This document shows, piece by piece, positions 1 through 10,418 of a stretch of DNA of 64,000 bases (its first letter is position 1; the number at the start of each line of letters is the position of its first letter). The stretch comes from a bacterium. Its GTDB lineage: Bacteria > Chloroflexota > Dormibacteria > Aeolococcales > Bog-877. The notes beneath the pieces are model-generated. The model was given only the letters and a program-made list of their open reading frames with translations, was not told where the DNA came from and did not search any database. Location of the stretch: positions 28,914 to 92,913 of the forward strand of contig JAKAXE010000002.1 of the NCBI GenBank assembly GCA_021816695.1, in the 5' to 3' direction. Both the position numbers and the translations under genes were made by a program.

Positions 1-1154
1 AGGGCGGCGCCGAGCAGCAGCGCGCCAGTCCACGGCATGGCCCCAACCACGCCACCGAGTCGATCGGTCCGCCGGGTGCCGTAGGCCAGGGCCACGGACC
101 CTCCGCTAAGGAAGAGGATGGTCTTTCCCAGGCTATGGTTCAGGCTATGCAGAAGGGCGCCATAGATCCCCAGCACACCGCCAAAGCCCAACCCAACCGC
201 GATGATCCCCATGTGCTCGACGGAGGAGTAGGCGAAAAGTCGCTTGAAATCGCGCCGGCGGATCATGAACACAACACCGACCAGCACCGACAGGAAGCCG
301 AATATCAACATCGTCCGCCCGCCGTACTGGGATCCCAACCCTCGGTTGGCGATCGCCAGAAGCCGGATGATGGCGTACATTCCAACATTCAGGAGCGCAC
401 CCGAAAGCATCGCGCTCGCCGGCGCAGGAGCCTCAGCGTGCGCATCCGGCAGCCAGGTGTGCATCGGTGCCAAACCCACCTTGGTGCCGTAGCCGACGAC
501 TCCCAGGAGGAATCCCAGCCGCAGGGCCGTGGGGGCGAGCTGGTGCGCATGGGCGAGGAGGAACGGCCAGGCGAGGTGGGCTTCCGCGCTCCCCGGGAGG
601 GCGCTGGCGGAGTAGAAGAGGAAGAGCGCCCCGACCAGTGCTACGGTGATCCCCAGGCTGCTGATGATCACGTAGCGCCAGCCTGCTTCCAGGCCTTCCG
701 TGCGCCCCTCTATGGGAACCAGCACCACGCTCGCCAGGGTCGCGGCTTCCACCAAGATGAACAACAGCCCGAGATTGGCGGTTTCGACCGCGGCGAGCAT
801 CGCAGCGGCGAAGAGGCCGAACGCTCCGAAGTAGATCCTCACCCGCCGGACTGACAGCTGCCCGGAGCGCTCCTCGACTGCCAGGTAGGACGCGGACCCC
901 AGGCTGGCGAGAAGAACCACCGCCGCCACGGTGACCAGGAAGAACCCCCCCAAGCCGTCCACGTAGACGAACGCCCCGGCGCTGGCCAGAGGCGCACCGG
1001 TAATGGTGACGGTGGCCACGACAACCGCCAGCAACAGGCTTGCGGCGGCGCTGGCCGCAGTGGCCGCGGCTGCCCACCCCGTGCGGCCGCTGAGGGCCGC
1101 GAAGGCGCTGCCCACCAGAGGCAAGGCGGCGACCAGCACCGGGAGCCAGACCAT
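1..1154 (-). CDS. hyfF: Hydrogenase-4 / formate-hydrogenlyase membrane subunit F-like protein (NuoL/M/N-family antiporter-like subunit); 3' end cut by the window edge
   Basis: Absent from the ORF track because it runs off the window. My translation from ATG at comp(1152-1154) gives MVWLPVLVAALPLVGSAF...YGTKVGLAPMHTWLPDAHAEAPAPASAMLSGALLNVGMYAIIR. This is the conserved K-x-G-x-x-P-x-H-x-W-L-P-D-A motif of NuoM/N/HyfF proteins. No stop occurs down to position 1. The start overlaps the hyfE stop (ATGA). Confidence 0.8.
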   Translation of the reverse strand, partial: MVWLPVLVAALPLVGSAFAALSGRTGWAAAATAASAAASLLLAVVVATVTITGAPLASAGAFVYVDGLGGFFLVTVAAVVLLASLGSASYLAVEERSGQLSVRRVRIYFGAFGLFAAAMLAAVETANLGLLFILVEAATLASVVLVPIEGRTEGLEAGWRYVIISSLGITVALVGALFLFYSASALPGSAEAHLAWPFLLAHAHQLAPTALRLGFLLGVVGYGTKVGLAPMHTWLPDAHAEAPAPASAMLSGALLNVGMYAIIRLLAIANRGLGSQYGGRTMLIFGFLSVLVGVVFMIRRRDFKRLFAYSSVEHMGIIAVGLGFGGVLGIYGALLHSLNHSLGKTILFLSGGSVALAYGTRRTDRLGGVVGAMPWTGALLLGAA

Positions 1155-1825
1155 CAGGAGTCCCGCCCTGATCGGCCGATGGGCAAGGGGCTGATCCGCT
1201 CAGCCAGTCCCGTGGTCATGGCCAGCATGATCAGGAAGCCCGCCAGCAGATCGAAGAAGATCCCCACCTCGACGATTAGGGGGAAGCTGGCGGTGAGGGT
1301 GATGGCTCCCAGGAAGACCCCGTTCTCCATGATCAGCCAGCCGATCAACTGGGCGACCATGTGCCGGCGCACGACCATCGCCAGAGCCCCCAGTAGAACC
1401 ACAGCGGTGGAGATGGGAACCACCGAGGCTGCGAGCAGGCCGTGGGCCAAGCGTTCGGGCGACACCGCCAGATAGGCGAACGCACAGAGAGCCGTTCCCA
1501 GCACCAAGGTCAGGGAGAGGCCGGTAGTGATCCCGCTGTCGCGCTTCAGGTCAAGGCGTTGGACCAGCCAATGACGGGCTGCTGCGGGGATCGCCCATCC
1601 CTTCAGCACCAGAGTCAGGCCGGCCAGCACCCAGAGGGCGGGGTCCCCTTCCAGGTAGGCGGCGGTGGCGGCGGCGACCGCCAGCAGCACCGACTGCAGC
1701 GCGTAGTAGGTGAGGTAACGGTCGAAGAGTTTGGAACCCAAACAGGCCAGTGCCGACAGCAGAATCAGGACGGCGTCCAGGCTGAGGACGGCGCCCCCGG
1801 GCGAGGCCAGCGTCAACTCCTGCAC
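1154..1825 (-). CDS. hyfE: Hydrogenase-4 membrane component E-like protein (small polytopic membrane subunit)
   Basis: The C-terminal two thirds of track ORF 1154..2098 is all hydrophobic helices (LIGWLIMENGVFLGAITLTASFPLIVEVGIFFDLLAGFLIMLAM), typical of HyfE. The N-terminal 90 aa of that ORF is Arg-rich junk overlapping hyfC. The first plausible start is GTG at comp(1823-1825), just after the hyfC stop, giving about 223 aa. Confidence 0.7.
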   Translation of the reverse strand: MQELTLASPGGAVLSLDAVLILLSALACLGSKLFDRYLTYYALQSVLLAVAAATAAYLEGDPALWVLAGLTLVLKGWAIPAAARHWLVQRLDLKRDSGITTGLSLTLVLGTALCAFAYLAVSPERLAHGLLAASVVPISTAVVLLGALAMVVRRHMVAQLIGWLIMENGVFLGAITLTASFPLIVEVGIFFDLLAGFLIMLAMTTGLAERISPLPIGRSGRDS

Positions 1826-1827
1826 GG

Positions 1828-2775
1828 CTACCTGCCCACCACGTATGAGGTGATGATCCCGATGAGCGCGAGCAGGAACGCTCCCCCCAAATACTCCGCG
1901 ATCCTGAAGAAGCGCAACTTGGCAAAGGAGCTGTCGATCGTCATCACCAGAGCCGCGCTGAGGGCGAGCTTGCCGGCCACGGCGGCGCTTCCCAGCAAGC
2001 CCTGGGCGAGACTGGTGGCGCTCCCCAATCCCCAGGGAAGTACGAACACGTTCATGAAGACGCAGGAGAGGAGGGTGAACTTCATCCAGCTGCCCCACTT
2101 CACCAGGGCGTAATCACGGCCTGAGTACTCCAGGACCCGGGACTCCTCGATCATCGCGATCTCGGTGGTCCCGGCCGGATTGTCGACTGGGATATGGCCG
2201 TTCTCGGCCAGGATGAGGAGAAGGAAAGCCACCGCGCCAAGGAGATGGGTCGGAAGAATCAGTGCCGCCGGGGAACCGGCTATGGCATGGTTCATGAGGT
2301 AGGGGTTGTCCGACGCTGACAGCACCCCAACGGTGAAGAAGACCAGGATGAGCGCGGGCTCCGCCAGGCTGCCAAGCCAGGCGGTGCGGCTGGCCCCCAG
2401 CGCCCCTAACGGGCTGGCCGAGTCCATCGCCCCCAACGACATCGCAAACCCTGCGAGCGCCAGCACCAGCGCCCCGCCCAGCAGGTCACCCATGAACGCG
2501 AGCGGCAGCGGCTCGTCGGTGATGATGGGAACGATGGTGGACACCGTCAGATAGCAGGCCATGGCCACGTATGGAGCCGCCACAAACACAGGGCCCGCGT
2601 GCTCGGAGCGGACCACCCCCTTGTGGAGCCACTTCCTCAGGTCGCGATAGGGCTGTAGGACGCTGGGGCCGTGCTTGGACTGCAGAATCGCAGTGCCCCT
2701 GGCAATGACCCCGACGTACAGTGGGGATATGGCTAGGACCAGTAAAGTCTGCAGAACCTGCAGCAGGTACGGCAA
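1828..2775 (-). CDS. hyfC: Hydrogenase-4 component C / formate hydrogenlyase subunit 4 (HycD, NuoH-like membrane subunit)
   Basis: 315-aa polytopic membrane protein. It carries the NuoH/HycD-type segment ENGHIPVDNPAGTTEIAMIEESRVLEYSGRDYALVKW and the C-terminal FAKLRFFRI motif. It lies directly upstream of hyfE/hyfF. Confidence 0.8.
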   Translation of the reverse strand: MPYLLQVLQTLLVLAISPLYVGVIARGTAILQSKHGPSVLQPYRDLRKWLHKGVVRSEHAGPVFVAAPYVAMACYLTVSTIVPIITDEPLPLAFMGDLLGGALVLALAGFAMSLGAMDSASPLGALGASRTAWLGSLAEPALILVFFTVGVLSASDNPYLMNHAIAGSPAALILPTHLLGAVAFLLLILAENGHIPVDNPAGTTEIAMIEESRVLEYSGRDYALVKWGSWMKFTLLSCVFMNVFVLPWGLGSATSLAQGLLGSAAVAGKLALSAALVMTIDSSFAKLRFFRIAEYLGGAFLLALIGIITSYVVGR

Positions 2776-3081
2776 CGCGAACCCTCGGAAAGGTGGGCTA
2801 ACAGCTACTAGAAGCCATTAGCCGGAAGCGCCGGCTTACGCGGGCCTCATCGCGTCGCAGCCTCATTCTGCCAGAGCCGGGCCGCCCCTTGTCAAGCTGG
2901 AGATTGATCCAGACGCTCGGTCGTGGACCGGCTTCACGTGCCGTTCTCGACAGGACTCGTGGGGTGGGGAATCCGCGGCCCTAGGCATCCCCCGGAGCCA
3001 GCCCGGGACCCGGGCCCCGGGCCTCACCGCCCGACCTGGTGGCCCTCCGGATCGTATTCCCAACTCGAGTACCATCGCCCC

Positions 3082-4479
3082 ATGGACTCCGCCTTCCACA
3101 CCATCATCGAACCCTTCCGCATCCATTCGGTCGAGCCCCTGCACCTCACCACTCCCGAGGAGAGGCGGCGAGCGATCGCCGAGGCCGGCTACAACCTCTT
3201 CAATCTCCCCGCCGAGCTGGTCCTCATCGACCTGCTCACCGACTCCGGTACCGGGGCGATGTCCCGTGACCAGTGGGCCGCGATCCAGCACGGGGACGAG
3301 AGCTATGCGGGCTCGCCCTCTTGGTTCAGGTTTCTTGCGGCGGTGCAGGAGCTGTTTCCCTTCCGCCACGTGATCCCCACCCACCAGGGCCGGGCCGCGG
3401 AGAAGATCCTGTTCTCCGTACTCGGTGGTCCGGGCAAGGTGATCCCCAACAACACCCACTTCGACACCACCCGGGCGAACGTGGAGTTCACCGGCGCCGA
3501 GGCGGTGGACCTGGTGATCCCGGAGGGGCGTGAGCCGTCCCTCATCCACCCCTTCAAGGGAAACATCGACACCGCCGCCCTGGACGACCTCCTCCAGCGG
3601 CGGGGCCGGGATGTGCCGGTCGCCTTTGTCACCATCACCAACAACTCCGGCGGCGGCCAACCGGTGTCCCTGGCCAACCTCAAGGAGGCCAGCTCGGTCT
3701 GCCACCGCTACGGGGTTCCGCTCTTCCTGGACGCCTGCCGTTTCGCCGAGAACGCCTGGTTTATCCGCGAGCGCGAGGAGGGCCAGCGGGACCGGGAGAT
3801 CGCCGACATCGTCCGGGAGATGGCCGGCTGCGCCGACGGCATGACCATGAGCGCCAAGAAGGACCCCTTCGGCAACATCGGGGGCTGGCTGGCGATGAAC
3901 GACGACCGGCTGGCGGAGCGCTGCCGCAACCTGCTCATCCTGACCGAGGGCTTCCCCACCTATGGGGGGCTGGCCGGACGCGACCTGGAGGCGATAGCCC
4001 AGGGCCTCAAGGAGGCCGTGGACCCCGACTACCTGCGCTATCGAATCCGCTCCACGGCGTACCTCGGTGAGGCGATCGCGGCCGCGGGGGTGCCGGTCGT
4101 GCAGCCCATAGGTGGCCACGCCGTCTATCTGGACGCGCGGGCCCTGCTTCCACACATCCCCCCGCTGCAGTACCCAGGCCAGGCGCTGGCGGTGGCGCTT
4201 TATGAGGTGGGTGGGATCCGCAGCGTGGAGATCGGGACGGTGATGTTCGGCCGGCAGCCCGACGGCTCGGAGCATGAGGGCCCGATGGACCTGGTTCGGC
4301 TGGCCATCCCCCGGCGGACCTACACGCAGAGCCACATCGACTACGTGATCGAGGTGGTGCAGCGGGTGGCGCAGATGGCCGACCGGCTCCCGGGGTACGG
4401 CATCGTGCAGGAGCCACCGGCGCTCCGGCACTTCACCGCCCGCTTCGCGCCCCTAGCCGAGGCGGGGATCGGCGGCTGA
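3082..4479 (+). CDS. Tryptophanase / tyrosine phenol-lyase family PLP-dependent beta-eliminating lyase
   Basis: The start is trimmed to ATG 3082 (MDSAFHTIIEPFRIHSVEP), giving 465 aa. The PLP-lysine motif MSAKKDPFGNIGG and the DSGTGAM and FLDACRFAENAWFI blocks are characteristic of the family. I cannot tell Trp specificity from Tyr specificity by eye. Confidence 0.85.
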   Translation: MDSAFHTIIEPFRIHSVEPLHLTTPEERRRAIAEAGYNLFNLPAELVLIDLLTDSGTGAMSRDQWAAIQHGDESYAGSPSWFRFLAAVQELFPFRHVIPTHQGRAAEKILFSVLGGPGKVIPNNTHFDTTRANVEFTGAEAVDLVIPEGREPSLIHPFKGNIDTAALDDLLQRRGRDVPVAFVTITNNSGGGQPVSLANLKEASSVCHRYGVPLFLDACRFAENAWFIREREEGQRDREIADIVREMAGCADGMTMSAKKDPFGNIGGWLAMNDDRLAERCRNLLILTEGFPTYGGLAGRDLEAIAQGLKEAVDPDYLRYRIRSTAYLGEAIAAAGVPVVQPIGGHAVYLDARALLPHIPPLQYPGQALAVALYEVGGIRSVEIGTVMFGRQPDGSEHEGPMDLVRLAIPRRTYTQSHIDYVIEVVQRVAQMADRLPGYGIVQEPPALRHFTARFAPLAEAGIGG

Positions 4480-4494
4480 GGCCCCCGGCTACCC

Positions 4495-5441
4495 TCAGGC
4501 GTCCAGCCAGCGGCGGATGGCCTCCACGACCTCCCCGGGACGCTCAAACGGGACCAGATGGCCAGCTCCCGACAGCACCTCCAGGGAGATGGCCGGGTAG
4601 GACAGCAGCTCTCTCTGCGCCGCCTTGAGTGGAAGCTGGCGGTCCTGGTCTCCCCAGATCAGGCGAATCCTCTCCTGAATCAGGCCCAGCTCCGGCAGGA
4701 GGAGGGTCTCCGCGCGGAACCCGCGCGGCCGGATCAGCTTGGCGATGGAGTTCAAGTCGGAGGCGCCCCACCATCGGTCCGCGGCCATTTGGCAGGGGTC
4801 CTGCCCCGCTGGGCCATCCGCGGCGCCAGTGAGATAGCGCCCCCTCGCGAGAGCAGCCGCCAGGTCGAGGACACCGGGCAAAAGTGCCGGGGTCCAGCTC
4901 CAGGGGTGCTCGCGCGCCACTCCCAGGGGACTCAGGAGCACCACTCGCCGGACCAGCTCCGGGCGCTCCACGGCCAACGCTCCCGCGACGAATCCCCCGA
5001 GCGAGTGGCCGACCAGGTCCACAGGCGCCAGGCCGAGCGAGCTCACCACCGCCTCCACCTGCCCGACCCATGGCTTCCGGGGATGGCCGCGGCCCCGCAG
5101 CCCGGTGCTGAGCCCGGTGCCGAACCGGTCGACGGCAACTACTCGCCGGTCTCGCGAAAGCTCCTCCAGGAGGTAGTGGTAGGCGGCCGCGCAGCCGCCC
5201 ATGCCGGAGAGGAACACCAGGGTCGCCCGCGGCCCTGCGCCCATGTCGATCAGGTGGGTCCGGCCACCGTCAGACGCCAGGTAGCGGTGCCTGGGTGCTG
5301 CCCCCTGGAACTGGCGGTCCATGGCCGCCTCGACCGAGGCCTCGCTGGGCCCGGCGCGCCGAGGGCGCCGCGCCCCGGCGACAGCCGCCGCGTAGGCGAG
5401 GGCCAGCAAACCGGCCCCCGCCCCAGCCCGAAGGCTCCGGT

Positions 5442-5445
<4 letters not shown>
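4495..5445 (-). CDS. Alpha/beta-fold hydrolase with N-terminal hydrophobic anchor
   Basis: Nucleophile elbow GHSLGG, an upstream oxyanion-type block LVFLSGMGG and a C-terminal [11 protein letters not shown] histidine block. The start overlaps the dnaK stop (ATGA). Confidence 0.8.
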
Positions 5446-7358
<1,913 letters not shown>

Positions 7359-7505
7359 GAAGTTGAGTTACCTCCGTGCGTTGGGGTCGGGGGCCGCGGG
7401 GCGGCCCGCCCGCCACCATTACCCTACCGCAGAGTGGGGAGCCCCAAACGGAAGCTCCGATTACCGGCCTCACGCCCCACCCGCGTTGCCGGATGATGCA
7501 GGGCC

Positions 7506-7991
7506 ATGGGTACCAAGGAAGGACGTCGCCTGGCGTCCCCGGCCACCCTCGTGCTCCTGCTCCTGCTGGTCGGATTAGTGATCCTCAGCGTGACCGGGCC
7601 CACCGGCCCCGCCCAGGTGAACGGGCTGGGCATCACACCGTCCACTGTCCTACTTCTGAACCAGAGTGGGGTCAGCCTCTCGGCCCCACGGGGTCGAGCG
7701 CTGGTCAAGGAAGGCCAGGCCCTCCGGGTGGCCCGGGGGCAGGGGTTCCAGGACCTGCCCCAGTCCGCCTTCCTGGCGCTGGCCAGCCAGCCTGAGGGGG
7801 GCACTGTGGGAGCGCGGCCGCGCCTTTGCTGGGTGGTGCTGTTGCAGGCCGGCGCGGATTCCAGTGGCAACCTGCCGGCCCCCGGCCAGATCACCCTCTA
7901 TGCCGTGGTGATAGACGCTCGCAGCGGACGCTTCCTGACCGCGGTCATCGCATTCCAGGGCCCGGCCTACTCCGGAGTGGGCTCGGAGTAG
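7506..7991 (+). CDS. Hypothetical exported/membrane-anchored protein
   Basis: 161 aa with an N-terminal basic stretch plus hydrophobic helix (RRLASPATLVLLLLLVGLVILSV). Composition looks coding. I recognise no family. Confidence 0.5.
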   Translation: MGTKEGRRLASPATLVLLLLLVGLVILSVTGPTGPAQVNGLGITPSTVLLLNQSGVSLSAPRGRALVKEGQALRVARGQGFQDLPQSAFLALASQPEGGTVGARPRLCWVVLLQAGADSSGNLPAPGQITLYAVVIDARSGRFLTAVIAFQGPAYSGVGSE

Positions 7992-8047
7992 CCACGTCAG
8001 TCAAGCCCTCGCCCCGTGTCGGCCCAGGGAGGGGGAGCGCGGGCGGG

Positions 8048-9433
8048 ATGAGCGCCGCTCTCTGGCTGGTGCTCGCGGTCGTCGCCCTGGGGGCGATCGT
8101 CCTCGCCCCGCTTCCGACTCTGGCGGCCTCGTTCCGGCCGCAAAGGCCATCCGCGGGCAACCTCCCCTGGCTCAGCAGCCGCCGCGGCCAGATCGTCAAC
8201 AGCCAGGGGGAGACGGTCATCCTTCGGGGCTTCAACGACGACGCCTTGCTGCAGAGCGGGAGAGCGCCGCTGCCGCCGCCCCTCACCTTCCAGGACGCCC
8301 TGCTGATGCGCGCCCAGGGGTTCGACGTGGTCCGGATCCCGGTGTCCTGGTCCCTGCTGGAACCGCGGCCGGGGAGGTTCAGCCACAGCTATCTGAGAAA
8401 GGTGGAGGAGATGGTGGACCTGTGCGCCCGGGCCGGGCTGTACACGGTCCTCGACCTGCACACCGAGGACTTCGGGGTCGCCTTCGGTGGCAGCGGGGCG
8501 CCCAGCTGGCTCACCCTCCCGGCTCTCCCCGACTGGCACCTCCCCCTGGTCCCCAGCGCCTGGCAGCGGCACCTCTCCCCGGCGGTGAACGCTGACCTGG
8601 CGTTCTTCTGGCTGTACCCCAACTGGCAGCGTCTCTACTGGCAGGCTTGGCGGGTGCTGGCAAGGCCGCTGGCCGGCGACTCCGCCGTAGCCGGGTTCGA
8701 CCTGTACAACGAGCCCCACCCTCTACCAGTGCCACCGGGCATCTTCGCGCCCCGGGTTCTGTTCCCCTTCTACGCCACCGGGATCCGGGAGATCGCTCGG
8801 GTGGACCCCAACCACCTCTTCATCATCGAGGGTGACCTCTTCGGGGACCTGCCCACCCGGGTGGACCCCCTGCGCGCCCCCGACCTCGTCTTCTCCACCC
8901 ACCTCTACGCGGGCAGCCTGATCGGCGGTTCCTTTAACGGCCGATCCGCCCCGCTTCGATCCGAGCTAACCCAGGGCATCTCCGAGGCCGCCCAGATCCC
9001 TGCCGCCTACTGGACCGGGGAGCTGGGGATCGACCATCAGCTCCCCGGGGCCACCTCCTGGGCCCTAACTGAGATCGCTCTCTCCGACCAGTACCGGACC
9101 GGTTGGGCCTGGTGGCAGTGGGACGATCCGGCCGGGTGGGGGGTGCGCGCCGGCCATGGGCCGGTCGACCGCGCCTGGCTGGACACCCTCTCCCAGCCGT
9201 ACGTGCAAGCCGCCCCGGGTCGGCTGCTTTCCATGACCTACTCCACCTCGCGGCGCGTACTCACGGCGAGGTTCGCAGAGGTCTCAAGCCCAGCCATGGC
9301 CGATGTCGCCTGGCCCTCCAGCCTGCCCCCGCCACACATCCTTGGTGATTGCGGCCAGCTCGCCGGCACCTACCCCGGCGGGGTTCGAGTCCGGATCTCA
9401 AGGGCGGATTGCACGGTCACCCTGGCGGCATGA
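8048..9433 (+). CDS. Glycoside hydrolase family 5 (cellulase/mannanase-like) with N-terminal signal/anchor
   Basis: Start trimmed to ATG 8048 (MSAALWLVLAVVALGAIVLAP). GH5 blocks are present: FDVVRIPVSW, LDLH, the acid/base motif DLYNEP and the nucleophile region YWTGELG. Confidence 0.8.
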   Translation: MSAALWLVLAVVALGAIVLAPLPTLAASFRPQRPSAGNLPWLSSRRGQIVNSQGETVILRGFNDDALLQSGRAPLPPPLTFQDALLMRAQGFDVVRIPVSWSLLEPRPGRFSHSYLRKVEEMVDLCARAGLYTVLDLHTEDFGVAFGGSGAPSWLTLPALPDWHLPLVPSAWQRHLSPAVNADLAFFWLYPNWQRLYWQAWRVLARPLAGDSAVAGFDLYNEPHPLPVPPGIFAPRVLFPFYATGIREIARVDPNHLFIIEGDLFGDLPTRVDPLRAPDLVFSTHLYAGSLIGGSFNGRSAPLRSELTQGISEAAQIPAAYWTGELGIDHQLPGATSWALTEIALSDQYRTGWAWWQWDDPAGWGVRAGHGPVDRAWLDTLSQPYVQAAPGRLLSMTYSTSRRVLTARFAEVSSPAMADVAWPSSLPPPHILGDCGQLAGTYPGGVRVRISRADCTVTLAA

Positions 9434-10418
9434 CCACAGGAGCCGCCGCCCCGCTCTCCATGCTGCTGCGGCAGGCGTCCAGCACCGCCAGGTTGGCAGC
9501 CGCCTCTCGGGCGGAGGTGCGCGGCTGCTCCCGGGTTCGGACCGTCCGCATGAAGTGGTCCACCATCTCCCGGTAGGGGTCTGCCGCGGAGGTCTCGATG
9601 CGCTTCCCGGCGCCAGCCGGCGAGCGCTCCAGGTAAAGAGGGACGTGCTGCCCGGTCCAGGCGGTGAAGGGAAGTGGTATGCGCAGGGCGCCGTCCTCTC
9701 CCTCCACACGGAGCCACTGGCTCTCCCCGCGGTCGAAGCCACACCCCAGGGCCGCCGACCCCAGCTCGCCGAAGTCCAGCAGCAGATCGCAGCGGACATC
9801 CACGCCCTCGCGGACTCGGGCCCGGGCCAGCACGCGGAGTGGCTCGGCACGGAAAACCTGTCGGCTGGCGCTGATCAGGTAGCTTCCCACGTCGTAGAGC
9901 GCGCCGCCGCCTAGCTCGGCCCGCCAGCGGTAGTCGTCTCCCGGCACCAGCGGGAAGGCGAAGCTGCCCGCCACGTGCCGCGGCTCCCCGATGACCCCTG
10001 AGCGGAGAAGGCGGAGAGCCTCCTCCCAGCGAGGGTGATAGCGGTACATCAACGCTTCAGCCAGGACACCGCCGTGGCGCAGCGCCGCCCGGTCCATGGC
10101 CAGCGCCTCATCCGCGCTGAGTGCCAGCGGCTTTTCGCACAGGACGTCCTTCCCAGCGGCCAGGGCCCGCACCGCCCATTCAAGGTGCAAGGAGTTGGGC
10201 AGCGGCAGGTAGATGCAGTCCAAGGGGGCGGCCAGGACGGCCTCGTAGCTGGGACAGGCCTCCGAGATCCCCAGCTCCCGGGCCATCCTCTGGGCCCGAT
10301 CCAGGTCACGGCTGCCGACCGCGACCACCTCTCCGCCCGCGGACCGGATCGCCGGCACGACTGCGGCCCGTGCTATCCGGGCGGCGCCCAGGACCCCCCA
10401 GCGGAGGGGTGCGGTCAG
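9417..10418 (-). CDS. Gfo/Idh/MocA family NAD(P)-dependent oxidoreductase (start codon uncertain)
   Basis: Rossmann N-terminus LRWGVLGAARIARAAVVPAI and the family motif VLCEKPLALS, about 333 aa. The upstream 110 aa of the track ORF overlaps the preceding gene and is junk. Near the Rossmann start the only in-frame candidate is CTG at comp(10416-10418), overlapping the upstream TGA (CTGA). Confidence 0.75.
   Translation of the reverse strand: MTAPLRWGVLGAARIARAAVVPAIRSAGGEVVAVGSRDLDRAQRMARELGISEACPSYEAVLAAPLDCIYLPLPNSLHLEWAVRALAAGKDVLCEKPLALSADEALAMDRAALRHGGVLAEALMYRYHPRWEEALRLLRSGVIGEPRHVAGSFAFPLVPGDDYRWRAELGGGALYDVGSYLISASRQVFRAEPLRVLARARVREGVDVRCDLLLDFGELGSAALGCGFDRGESQWLRVEGEDGALRIPLPFTAWTGQHVPLYLERSPAGAGKRIETSAADPYREMVDHFMRTVRTREQPRTSAREAAANLAVLDACRSSMESGAAAPVVMPPG

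Noticed and set aside
135-1077. Track ORFs 135..854 (+) and 433..1077 (-) at the left edge
   Set aside because: Both are Arg/Gly/His-rich. A different minus-strand frame, open to the window edge, gives a perfect NuoM/N/HyfF-type membrane protein.
2776-3081. TnaC-like leader peptide or attenuator upstream of the tryptophanase-family gene
   Set aside because: I found no short Trp-containing ORF with an SD in the gap. There are only small GC hairpins (for example GCCGG-aagcg-CCGGC) of the kind expected by chance at this GC content.
2863-4431. 522-aa ORF antisense to the tryptophanase-family gene
   Set aside because: Arg/Gly/Pro/His-rich low-complexity translation with no recognisable motifs. 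This is a typical shadow ORF of a high-GC gene, while the opposite strand encodes a full-length, motif-complete PLP lyase.
7359-7505. Heat-shock operator (HAIR CTTGAGT-N7-ACTCAAG or CIRCE) upstream of dnaK
   Set aside because: Only a single GTTGAGT-like half-site next to the SD is present. There is no second arm at the right spacing and no CIRCE-like 9-bp inverted repeat.
9382-9392. tRNA-like T-loop string GGTTCGAGTCC
   Set aside because: The flanking bases cannot form a T-stem, acceptor stem or anticodon arm, and it lies inside the GH5 coding sequence.
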